Of a stretch of DNA of 64,000 nucleotides, positions 15,001 through 26,626 are shown piece by piece. Both the position numbers and the translations under genes were made by a program. The notes under the pieces are model-generated. The model was not told the DNA's origin, made no database searches, and saw nothing but the letters and a program-made list of their open reading frames with translations. The number at the start of each line of letters is the position of its first letter. The first letter of the stretch is position 1. The stretch spans positions 13,091,045 to 13,155,044 of the forward strand of contig NC_092680.1 of the NCBI RefSeq assembly GCF_964355755.1, in the 5' to 3' direction. Source of the stretch: Antedon mediterranea (Eukaryota; Animalia; Echinodermata).

Positions 15001-17120
15001 TACGCCTCTAAACACACTCATTAACATTGTTTGATAACATAACTGAAACTATATAATTCGGCCCAGTCCATTTGATTGTTTTAACTGAAACTATATAATT
15101 CGGCCTAGTCCATTTGATTGTTTTATACTCTAGGTTACCATTCAAAGAGAGGGTTTACAAATTACTTAAAGACCATATTGATGTCAGAAATGCGGCCGAA
15201 TTAAGGTACTTTTAAAAAACACATTTAAAAAAATGTGTGTTTTTGTTATCAATTTTTCTTTTGTATTTTGTATTGCACTTTTGTACATAATATCCACCGT
15301 TTGTTTAATTTTTTTCTGAAACTTACCTTTAGCTATAGTAATTTTATATTTTCTAGTGTATCGTTACAGAAATTTTCTCCAAACAACACTGTTCTATTTT
15401 ATGACAAACCAGTTGATTATAACAACGAAACGAAGATAGTCTTGCCAAAAAAGAACCCGAGCCGAAAGAAAACGATCGGTTCCTACGACACATGCGCAAT
15501 TTTAGGAAATTCTGGGATACTAATAGATAGCCATTGTGGAAAAGAAATTGATGCTCATGACTTTGTATTGAGATCCAATTTGGCGCCGACTGTGGGTTAT
15601 ACAAATGACGTCGGAAATAAAACTAATCTGACTACGCTAAATAGTGAGAAGTGTAATTACATAGCCAATTGTTTAAAACATGACAAACTGCGATGTAAAG
15701 ATAAAGTTTACAAACTAATGAAATCTTTTGATGGTACTTTTGTGTGGTTTTCCAAATTTGGTGTGGTACCATCTTCCAACTATGTTACCTTCACACAGGC
15801 TATTATGGACAACAAATTGAAGACTGAAATTGCGTATCCAGGATTTGGTTTGCCAACACACATATCAAAGTAGGTTTTGTTTCAGTCATATTTATAGTAG
15901 TTTAAATTAATGTAAATTTAGCATAGCAATTGTTCTTTTGAGCTATAGTTCTTTATGATTAATATAGGGGTGGTGTGAGGTAAATAGATGATGTAAAAGT
16001 TGATGTTATTGTGAGTAATTCAAATAAATGGCTTCTTCTTTCCCTGTACTTCTTTCTGAGTAGTTTTCTTTCTGAGCTTTGCTTCTTTTTTAGGAGTCGT
16101 GCTGCTTTCTGAGTAGTTTTCTTTCTGAGCTTTGCTTCTTTTATAGGAGTCGTGCTGCTTTCTGAGGAGTTTTCTTTCTGAGCTTTGCTTCTTTTTTAGG
16201 AGTCGTGCTGCTTTCTGAGAAGTTTTCTTTCTGAGCTTTGCTTCTTTTTTTAGGAGTCTAGCTGCTTTCTGAGGAGTTTTCTTTTTTAACTTTGCTTCTT
16301 TTTTTAGGAGTCGTGCTTCTTTCTGAGGAGTTTTCTTTCTGAGCTTTGCTTCCTTTTTAGGAGTCGTACTTCTCTCTGAGGAGTTTTCTTTCTGAGTTGT
16401 GCTTCTTTTTTTAGGAGTCGTGCTGCTTTCTGAGGAGTTTTCTTTCTGAGCTTTGCTTCTTTTTTAGCAGTCGTGCTGCTTTCTGAGGAGTTTTCTTTCT
16501 GAGCTTTGCTTCTTTTTTAGGAGTTGTGCTGCTTTCTGAGGAGTTTTCTTTCTGAGCTTCGCTTCTTTTTTAGGAGTCGTGCTTCTTTTTGAGGAGTTTT
16601 CTTTCTGAGCTTTGCTTCTTTTTTAGGAGTCGGGTGCTTCATTCACATGAGTTGTTTTTTCTGATGATAAGTTGTGCTTTGATATTTTTTTTTTAGCTAT
16701 GTTCCATGTCTAATCTATCACTATAATAATAATAATAATAATATTGATGTTTTTTAAATACTGTATTAGAATACTGTTCCTAAACTGTGGATTATAGTGA
16801 TGTGATGCCTTTTCCTTATCTCACTAACTCAATGTTAATTTTTATCGATATATTTCAGGTATTGGAAAGTTGATAGTCCATCAAGCGGTCTTGTCTTGTA
16901 CACAATAGCGAGTACTTTCTGTAGAAAAATTTCGATGTATGGTTTCTATCCATTCTATACAAAAGACGACGGAACTCCTGTATTTCATCATTATTACGAT
17001 AATAAAACAACATTGAATTATACACAAAATAGGCACAATATGCCTAATGAATTTAAGTTGTTTTTAGAACTCAATCGGACTCGTCATTTAAGACTAGTAA
17101 CGGATCACTGTATCCAATAA
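9002..17120 (+). CDS. Alpha-2,8-sialyltransferase (ST8Sia)-like GT29 enzyme, copy 1; 4 coding exons, 358 aa
   Basis: Exons 9002-9231, 15134-15205, 15357-15869 and 16859-17120 (all GT-AG, all phase 2; 1077 nt, open). Type II signal-anchor (FVYGLGILSISVFYY); sialylmotif L (CAILGNSGILIDSHCGKEIDAHDFVLRSNLAP..DVGNKT); motif S (PSSGLVLYTIASTFCRKISMYGF); motif III (HHYYD); VS (HNMPNE); ST8Sia-type C-terminal Cys (LVTDHCIQ). Confidence 0.93.
10523..10995 (+). mobile_element. tRNA-derived SINE-like element
   Basis: Pol III A-box-like TAGCTCAGTCG (~10530) and B-box GGTTCGATTCC (10571-10581), followed by a GC-richer body. No intact cloverleaf; the 3' boundary is approximate. Confidence 0.5.
11638..11996. 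mobile_element. PIF/Harbinger-type MITE
   Basis: TIRs GGCCCAATTACACTATGACGATAAC / GTTATCGTCCTAGTGTATGGGCC with TAA/TTA-like flanks. The terminus resembles the Harbinger relic end at ~29630. Confidence 0.7.
13055..13345. repeat. Minisatellite, ~55 bp unit x5
   Basis: Repeats of AAGACTG(C/G)AAAATTGGGCTTATCAACAAATAAATACTTTCGTTCAAAATGTAAAAT; a related block lies at 12440-12525. Confidence 0.85.
13370..13526. mobile_element. Short palindromic MITE (AGCTCTGTCTACACTATCAAACT family)
   Basis: Degenerate TIRs GCTCTGTCTATACTATCAAACT / AGTTGGGACAGTGTAGACACAG. Same interior as the copies at 19325, 32887 and 63699. Confidence 0.7.
16054..16632. repeat. Intronic minisatellite, ~53 bp unit x ~11 (ST8Sia copy 1 intron 3)
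   Basis: Unit TCTGAGGAGTTTTCTTTCTGAGCTTTGCTTCTTTTTTAGGAGTCGTGCTGCTT. Confidence 0.92.
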
Positions 17121-17131
17121 TTTTACGTTTA

Positions 17132-18413
17132 TCTATATATAAATTTACGTAAGGGCAAAATTCGGTAAATCGCGCGTTACTTCTAGAATTTTTACTCGAT
17201 GGTATATAAAGTTGGTTCGTACTTTCGGTACTGATTTTAACCACCTGATGTAACCCTGTTTACAAATTAAATTATGTTAGATAATTAGTTATTGACGATT
17301 AAAACGAATTTAGGTGCAACGATTTGCCCCAAATACGGGTGTTTTCCGATCGTTGTATACACTGTCTAATGGATGTCAATTTGAAAAATACCCGCACACA
17401 ATAATACGAGGACACTTCGCATTTTCCTATCTCCTCCTACGATAATTGTTTTTAATAGCTGAAAACCGGTTGAACAGTTCGAGTTCAGCATCATAATGTT
17501 GAAGACAGGCCGATTTTCTTTAAAAAATGCTATTTTGATACATGTAATATACGTTTTTACAAATGTATTGATTTGTGATGAATGGAACATTCCAAATTAT
17601 TTGGTTTAACCATACAGGTATAGATTTAGATTTATGGGCCCCCTTGGAGAATAAACATAAATAGTATTGCAATGCTGTACAATACTGTTAGGTATTAACC
17701 ACTTTTGATCGCAATTTGAATCGCAAATTTCTTACTGTGTGAGTGTTGGTACTGTTAGATATAATATAAACAAATATACAAATAAACTTTATTACTGTGA
17801 GTGTGGGTAGGCCCTACTGTTAGATACAAATAAATAAACGTTATTACTGACAGTTGCTTCTCAACGTTTGTATTAATTAATAATTTAAAAATATATAAAC
17901 GTCGTAGTGGTGTATCGTTACATGTACTTTACTATTTCAATCGACTATGACAGTGAGAGTTTTAACAAAGTATTAAATCGTAAATGTTTTACTGTATTTA
18001 GTGGTATATTATTTATAGGCCTATAAACCATTAAAAACAATATTTCGTTACTGAGTGGATAAGAATATATTTTAAAATGTTTCCTCTTTGTACCTATCTT
18101 CTTCCCCCATCCCTCAACCCTTAGGCCTAATGTTACATACAAAACACAAATTGGGTTTGTTTAAATGAGTCCAAATAAAAAAATTTGACTCATTTTGTTT
18201 CTCTCTCGGAAGTAATTCCCAGGGTGCTAATTTTGGTTGACTACATAAATCATTGTGTATATTTATTCGTTTCTGTAAACGACAATGTATTATAGTCCTG
18301 CAGTACGTACATTTGAAATCTCCATTTTTTTCTCGCTGGAAATACTGTGTATTCGAGAACCATCTGTGGGCACGACCTAGATGGTACGCGAGCGAAGCGA
18401 GCGTGCCATCTAG
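17132..18413 (+). mobile_element. Non-autonomous Helitron (1.28 kb)
   Basis: Starts A|TCTATATATA and ends ...GATGGTACGCGAGCGAAGCGAGCGTGCCATCTAG|T: 5' TC, 3' hairpin plus CTAG, inserted between A and T with no TSD. A second, inverted copy lies at 31991-36352. Confidence 0.9.
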
Positions 18414-19324
18414 TGAGTATAATTACGTTATAATCTTTTTGGTATTAGATTGCTTTTGTTCATTCATTCGTTTGTTATTTTGTTCATTCGGTCAAAATCG
18501 ATAACATACAAGTGTGTTTAATATATATTATATTGAATATTTAGGTCACTCATTTTGATAAGTTGTAAAATCAAATCAAATACATTTTATATTTAAAAAA
18601 CATATGAAATTGTGTAACATAATTTTGTATTTATTTTGTAGAAATTTCATACCATAATTTTAAATCCTTTTTGGAGGTCATTCCATATTTTAGTTGCTCG
18701 GTATAAAAAAAACCTTCTTTCTCTCCTGTGCTCTATTCTATTCTGTTCTTGTTGTTACTATGTTTTTTCTTAGTACATTTGTGGTGGTAGATGATCATTA
18801 GAACTAAAAGAATACTGACGAATTATTGTTTCATTGATTTTATTTCATTTCCAACAAGAAAATGCTAATAATTACACAATAATATCCATAACTACCAAAA
18901 CGTATTGATGAAATCAAGAAAAGGAGAAGCATCATAATTATTATATAATAATAATAATAATTTATTATTAATTTATTATTATTATTATTATGAAGATAAA
19001 GTTTGATGGCGTTACGGAGACAAGGTAGTACAAACAATAGTGGCACTATTTACATGCTTGCCTTCAAATCCCAGGGTCTTTAGTTAAAATCCTGTTATGT
19101 TCTTTTTTATTTTATTTCTTTATTCTGACATAATAAAAATCATAGGATGAAAACACAAAAAAATACCGAGACGGCAAACTTCTGTACGATGGCCGCCAAT
19201 ACAGGGATTTGTTAAAACTGTAAAATTGAGGGTTTTTTTTCTCTCAATATTGTTTGTATGCGTTTTCCTGTTTAATGGGGAATAATATAGAAATTTAGTA
19301 TATAAGTTGCAATAATACGGCATA

Positions 19325-21173
19325 AAGTTCTGTCCATACTATACAACTTTATGTGACAAAAAAATGTGATGTGCCAATAATAATATGGACATGATGTCAT
19401 ATCACTACTATATTTAGGCATATATTTGATTTGATTTTTGATTTGATTTATTCAATATCGGCTCATTACAATTACAACAGAATATATAAAAATATATAAT
19501 GAAACAAAAAGCCAGGATTGTCACAAGCGAACCCAATCACTGTTTAAAGACTTTCCTTTAACATAAATAAAATATAATATAAATATAAAATAAATGACGA
19601 TAAAAAATTTATTAATAAAAATCAAAGAAATTATGTAAAAAAATACAGCAGGGACCAGGTAAAATCAAAAGAAATAGTGTTGGCGAAGACTAGTCTCGAA
19701 TTCTCGAAACCTGCCAAGGAGAGCAAGCTCACTTAATTCAGAGGGAAGACCGTTCCAAAGTTTACAGAATCTAGGAAAGAGTGAAGATTGAAAACAGATA
19801 GTTCGACCAAAGGGTGGCCTGAATAGAAGATCAAATTTGTGACGAGAAATAGGAGAAAAAAAAAGAAGAAACATCGAGATCAATAATAGTGTATAAACAT
19901 TTGACAACAAAGATAATAGTTTGGAAATCAATCCGAGAAGTCAAAAAGAAGGAAGATGAAGGAGAGCTAATCTTTCGGCGTAAGTAGGACGTTCAAAGTG
20001 TTTACCTGGAAAAAAGTATCTAGTAAGAATGCGTTGAGGTTTTTCAAGGAGATTAGGGGATGGGAAGCCAAATGTGGAAACCACACATGAGCACCATATT
20101 CCAGAATCGGACGACATAAGGATTTGTAAAGCAGAAGAGGAGATTGAGAGTCATTGGTACCAACAGTACGACGGATAAATCCTAAAGTCCTGGAGGCAGA
20201 AGAGTGAACAGCTAAAATGTGGTCGTGCCAGGAAAGGGTACTATTAAGGGTAATGCCAAGGTATTTATGGCTGTTAGTTAGAGATAGAGGGATATCATCG
20301 AGAGCGAGAAACGTGCATAACTTTACATTTATTATGTTAAGTGACATTTTATTTACGTTGGACCAAGAAAGAATATTGTCAAGATCAGATTGTAGGATAA
20401 GGGAATCAGAGTTAGATTGAATATTCCTGAAGACAACAGTGTCATCAGCATATTGGAGAATATTAGATTGAAGAGTAGAGGGAAGATCCGAAACAAAAAT
20501 ATTAAATAACAGAGGGCCTAGTAGAGATCCATGTGGAACCCCAGATGTTACTTGGGCCCAATTTTAGGAGGAACCATTAAAAAGCACTCTCTGGGACCGA
20601 CCAATTAGGTAAGAGGAAAACCAATAAGTGTAGAGCCACAGAAACCATAGTTGTGAAGTTTTTGAAGAAGAAGAGTATGAGAAATCTTATCAAAGGCCTT
20701 GGACCAATCCAGAAATATAACATCGGTTTTAGGAGAATTACGTTTATCAAGATTAGAAGCAAGGTGATGGTAAAGTTGGGAGACTTGAGTAATTTTTGAT
20801 CGTCTTGGCACGAAACCATGTTGGGCTTTAGGAATAAGACATAGATTAGTTAAGTGAGTGTTAATATGGGTAGAAAGAAGTCCTTCTAAGAGTTTACATG
20901 GAATAGAGCAAAGAGAAATAGGTCGATAGTTGTTAAGTGTTGCACGATTATCTGATTTGAAAACTGGTACTACATTAGCCCTTTGAAGTGGAACTTGGCC
21001 AAGAGAAAGTGACAGATTATAGATGTTAGAGAGATATGAAGAGATAACAGAACCAGCTAATTTAAGAAGTGAAGAAGAAATATTGTCTGGTCCAGGAGAT
21101 TTATATATCACTACCATATTTGGCCAAATCATACTGTTGTTGTCTAACTAGTTTGATAGTGTAGACAGAGCTT
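19325..21173. mobile_element. Palindromic AGCTCTGTCTACAC-family MITE split in two by a LINE insertion
   Basis: Left half is at 19325-19420; right half at ~21102-21173 ends AGTTTGATAGTGTAGACAGAGCT. Confidence 0.75.
19421..21101 (-). mobile_element. 5'-truncated, frameshifted CR1/L2-group LINE (RT domain)
   Basis: KSPGPDNI, NYRPISLCSIPCKLLE, QHGF, FLDWSKAFD and GSLLGPLLF-type motifs, a YADD site at ~20440 and KYLGI, spread over broken frames. 3' (ATCAA)n tail at 19421-19450. Confidence 0.9.
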
Positions 21174-21857
21174 TAAATATTCATGATTTGATAGGACTTT
21201 GCATTGATGACGATTTCTCTATAAGTATTAGTGACCATTTTAAGAGAAAAACTTTTTTGGATGTTTGATAGGATTTATAGTTTCTTTGAGATTTTAGGAA
21301 TATAATAAGGAAAAGAGGGACGCATATTTTTTTTTTAAATCACATTGTTACTTGTTTACGTATACGACGACTGCTTTTAACAAAGGAATCATTGAAGTAA
21401 ATACATATCATTGTATTCAGACACAGACTGAAATAACCTCGGTTTAGCGTTTTGAGATAGGCCAATGGTAAGTTTTATCGAACATTTGTAACTTTGAGGT
21501 GCAGCCATTTTAACTGCAGACGAGTATGCAGATTGCGGAAGAGAGATAGAGCTGGAATCTATCACATGCCTCATCATAAAGTTAGTATAATTTTTTTTTG
21601 CTACTCAGAGACCGCGGAAATTAACTAACTTATAACAAACGCATACAAGTTTCTGACTTAATCCCTGGTTAATTAGTTAATGAATATTCAGTATGTTATG
21701 GAGAAAATATAATGTGTAGCTAAAATATTGTAGTATAAGTAGACTCTTTTATAGAAAAATGAAGGTATAGCTTGACCAAACTCATTGATTTAAGTAATTA
21801 TGATCATAGTATGTCACAATGGTAGGTGATTTTGATACGTGGTGGTATAAATAATAA

Positions 21858-24073
21858 TATGTGTACAGCCACATCAAAACCAGGCACTTGGTGAAATATA
21901 TATTTTTTTAGTTGATACTATAATGGTATTCCTCACAATATATCCTTCAAAATGGTGTTTGGATCATTTAAATCAAGCAAATATTCCCAGAGTTATGGCA
22001 ATAAATGTATATAGCATTTATACAACAATTTATTTGTAATTACTGAGTAATTAACAGTCAAAGTTTAATGACAAATCAGACAGGAAGTTGCCCCATGCTG
22101 TTACAGGTTGAACAATTAACACCTTAGCAACACTACCTTCTAGATAAACAATCATTCTGAAATTTGGCACACTTATTCAATATAGTGTTTTCTGATATTC
22201 ATGAAAATTTCATCAAAATCCGAGGTGGTTATCATAGTTAATTATGACGATTACAAAGTACCACTAATTTACGTAAAATCTGTCAAATTCATTTATAATA
22301 GTGTAGTGTAAGAATAATACAGTAGGCCTACTAGTAGGTATTCAGGAAGATTGCCTTAGCTTATTATTAGTTCTAAACAAATTTAAAAAAAACAGCAAAC
22401 ATTTTATTAATGAACTTTATTCAATTTTATTTCTCTTTTTACTTTATTTTATCTGCTTTTTGTTCAAAATGGCGCAGGGCACATAATGTCCCTCGTTTCT
22501 GGTCGGCAAAATTCAATTACCAGTATTTTATTTGCGAGTGATTTGTATTGTACTGGTTTTTAGTGTTAATGTTATGTATATAAGAGAAACTCAACAGTTC
22601 TTTTCAGACTTAATATACGTGGTGTACCGCAAACTTTATATCAACATTTGATTTCGCCATGCAAACCTTCAAACAATGTTATGTATTCTATTGTTGAACC
22701 AGCACCATAACAGATAGCCACACCCGTTAGCTTGAACAATGTTTTTAAGCATGATGAATAATGTGAAATTTAGCCAAGGTACCAGTATTTTATTTGTGAG
22801 GGATTTGTATTGTACTGGATTTTACTGTTGTTAAAGTTATGTAATACGTCTATTGTTGAACCAGCACCTGGCCTGATCATGACAGATAGACACACCTGTT
22901 AGCTTGAACAATGTTTTTAAGCATGATGAATAACGTGAAATTTAGCCAAGGTACCAGTATTTGTATTGTACTGGTTTTTACGGTTTATGTTTTGCACACA
23001 CTCCCCACACACCCAACCCATCATTGGCAATTTTTAAGCATAATGAAATTTAACCAAATTGAAATAAATAAAATAGCCCAGAAGTAGGCCTAGTAAGTAA
23101 AGTAAAGCCTTCCAGGAGGCTTATTATACTATAGAGAGGAAAACTCTATCTTATTTTAATTGGGCTAGGCCTTGTTGTTGTTATTACTATTATTATTACT
23201 AGCTAGCTAGGCCTACTATGCCATGCAGCCTATCTAGGTTAGTAGCCCAGCGTAGTAGTAGGCCTAGGCGGATCTCCGCCTAGTCTAGGCTTATAGTACT
23301 AGGCCTAGTAGAGCCAGGCAGGTCTAGCCTACTGTACCTGGTCCTAGCTAGGCCTAGTGCCAGTGGATTGAGAGTTACATTGTTAATATCAACTCTTACG
23401 ATAAATAACTTAGCTAGGCCCTTTACTTTAGTATGTTATAACTTATTGTTATCAAGTCTGAGTCAGTACACGCCACTTTAGTATTAATGTGTACAGTACT
23501 TAGATGAACTATAAAAAATATATTTTTCTCGACAAGCGTGTACTAGCGATAAGATTTTGTTGACCTGGAATTTTCCATGCTGGATGGGTCATGTGACAAA
23601 ATTAAACCAATCACATCGCTTCTTTCAGCGTGTTCGTAGCAACAAGGCCGTTTTTGTTTACACTAAAGGGTTCTATAAAATCGGTTTTTATTGGTCTATA
23701 TCGTACAATCTGTGACATCACTCATTTATTTTTAGATTCATGAACAAAATACCTATCGAATGATACCAAGCTTTCAGGGGTTATCTACAAAATTACGGCG
23801 TAGGAATGACGAAAATAACTGCTTTTTTATAACGAATTACCACGTTCTTTCAATCGAAACACGAGGATAGAGGCTCAGATTTATGTAATTTTTACCACCT
23901 TTCCATTTGAATTAGTTAATAAGATATATATTTTTGAAATCTACGGTAAATTTCCTATCAGATAATGGTAAAAAAACAAAATGGTCAAAATATGAGTTTC
24001 ACACATTCAAATGCATTTTACACAAATCCCTATCTAGCGACAAGCGCCTGGTTTTGATGTGGCTGTACACATA
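21858..24073. mobile_element. Non-autonomous TIR DNA transposon with 3-bp TSD
   Basis: TAA|TATGTGTACAGCCACATCAAAACCAGGC ... GCCTGGTTTTGATGTGGCTGTACACATA|TAA. Contains an internal tandem duplication (22510-22990) and a TAGGCCTA-rich tract. Confidence 0.8.
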
Positions 24074-26626
24074 TAACAGTTATACAATCATGCGCTGTAC
24101 TTGGATTTGTAAATTTCATTTAAAAAGTGTTATTGTGTACAGGGCCGTTAAGCACCGTATTACTTTTTGTTTAAATTCCGGCCACGACACCTAATTTAAA
24201 TAAGAATATTAGCTTTGTTGAGCACCCGTCCTCTGGACATAGCGATCGTGTTTTGTTAAGCCGGTAAAGTCAACTGTAATGATACAGTTTTGCAGTCAAT
24301 ATAAATAGACTTGACGGACGAATGTTCGTGTCATTTGGATTAAAAAAACTATTTAAACATCAGCATTGGAATTTGAAAAAAACAATTAACATTATATGGA
24401 ATATCTGTTGTTAGTAAGTACTCAACATTACATTATTAAGCTTGTAAGAATTAGAATAAAATTGTACCAAGGATATAAATTATAGAGTAAATATTGTATT
24501 GCAGGATAGGCCTGCTGAAAGGATAGGGTCAAAAGGTGAACAATTATATATTGTTGAAAGGGTATACTCAAATTTAAAATCACTTGTCTTGTTTAGTTGA
24601 GGGTAGTTAATAATGTATTTCGATACCACCAGACACACGCTGACTTCGGGGAAGATAATTCATGGAGGACCCCGAAAGGACCACTGTATCGTGTTTTTTA
24701 CTCGTAATTTTCTTCCAAATGTTCTTGGTCAGATAATAATCTTTAGAAAGGTTCATCTTCATGTTTCATTTTGATGTAAAAAAATATAGATGGCCCCTTC
24801 ATCTCCTATCTCTGTATATAGTAGGCACATTTGGGACATTTTTTCAGCACTATAAATGTACAATGCTTCAGGTAGTATGGACACACGTCACCTTTATGTA
24901 CGTGCATGTTGCGTTTTTCGTATCATTTAAATGTCTGGAATTATCAAAGATTACCATAATTACAAACTCACGAATTAAAATATAACTATTATTATTTATA
25001 GGCTAATTGTTCGTTATTATGCATACCCACTTCGGTGTGAATTGTCTGTGTCCGCGCTCTAAACGGTAGTAGGCCTATTCATGATGATGGAGTTTCATAA
25101 TAATTTGGTTTTGTGTTTTTACTCAATAGTACGGTAATATTGTTATTATTAATTAATATTTTTGATTTGATCACTTTATTTCAGAATAAATATTCCATAT
25201 ATAGGCCTACTGTACAACAAAAAATAATACAAAACCGGAAAATCAAACTAACTTTTTTCCCACTAGACTAACCAGATCATTTTCATTATTCACAACTCTT
25301 AATCTAAAACCATAGGCCTAATAATAGTATAAAGTTGTTACATGTTAAAAATTCATTCAGATTTATATATAGTCATTAGTTTGTATGGTACTTCGGAACT
25401 GCATTGTTCATTGAACCGATACGAGCGGACACTGTATTCTCAGTGGTGGTGTATTGATCGTTGCTTTGTGCTTTGTTAGTGTTAAGAAATTAAAAGTGGG
25501 TTCATGGCTGCCAACAACAAAAATTGTATTTGCATAACCGACAATTTTACAATTCATGGTCGTGTTTTATAAAGCTAAACTAGTCAACTGTTTAAAGTGA
25601 ATTAATTTAGGTCGTTTACTTTTACGTGCACATAAATCATAGTAAATAAAATAAAATGCTATCTTTAAGTTTCGGTACAAAGTTCACATTTCATTCAGCA
25701 GCTACAACATTTTCGTCTTCCTTGAACAAACAAATCTATAACTTAGGCGTCACACTTGCCATATGTTTGTTTGTTGCCTACATTCCTTGTTGTTTTATTA
25801 TGCTGATTACTTATTTTCGTCTATGTTATAAAAATACCATATAATTATCCGAGAACCACATAATGTTACTGTTGCTGACACCGATATCATTATTAGCCTG
25901 TATTGATCTATCATTATGTTTAGGCTGCAATGGTTATAATACCATAATCAATTCATTTGTTACAACTACACATTTTACATGTTAAGTTTTGGAAAATTAT
26001 TGTTTGGATTGAAAGTCTTAGAACACCAAGATATCATGATGTTATAATGTGTTAATATTATATGCTAGTATTTAAGCAGTATATTACATGAATGAAAAAA
26101 AAAACACTCGGTTCCTCAACCATGTTTCTTTTGGCTTAACACACAACATGTTCCTGTATATTCCTAATTGGCGTATGTAACTGTATGAATGAACATGCAA
26201 TTAGTTTGCGTCGTTTGGCAAATGAGATTTGTCGTACGTTAAAACTTGGTTCACACTGAACGAAACGTTCATTTCATTTCATAAGTGTTTATTTCTATTA
26301 ATGGTTTATAGAAATTAACAATAACACATTAAATAAAGAAGAAACATACCATTAATAGAGGATTTTACAAGAAGTAAAAAAAAAGAGAAAACTGAAAAAA
26401 CAAGAAAATTGTTGTAGTAATTACTACTCGAGCTCACACGTCTTCCATCGCTACAATTTCAAACGACGTGTGTTTATTTTTTTTGTTTACTTAATTACAA
26501 ATAAGCATTGTGTAGAATCTTGCATAATATTAAAGGATACGCATGGTTAGTTGAAATTACCATAGAAACAATAATATAGTAATAACAATAACTTCCCTTT
26601 TTTCAGATTCTAAACTGATATTGTGC

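Noticed and set aside
15353-15604. Minus-strand 83-aa ORF conserved at 45107-45358
   Set aside because: Shadow of ST8Sia exon 3; its conservation is explained by the + strand gene.
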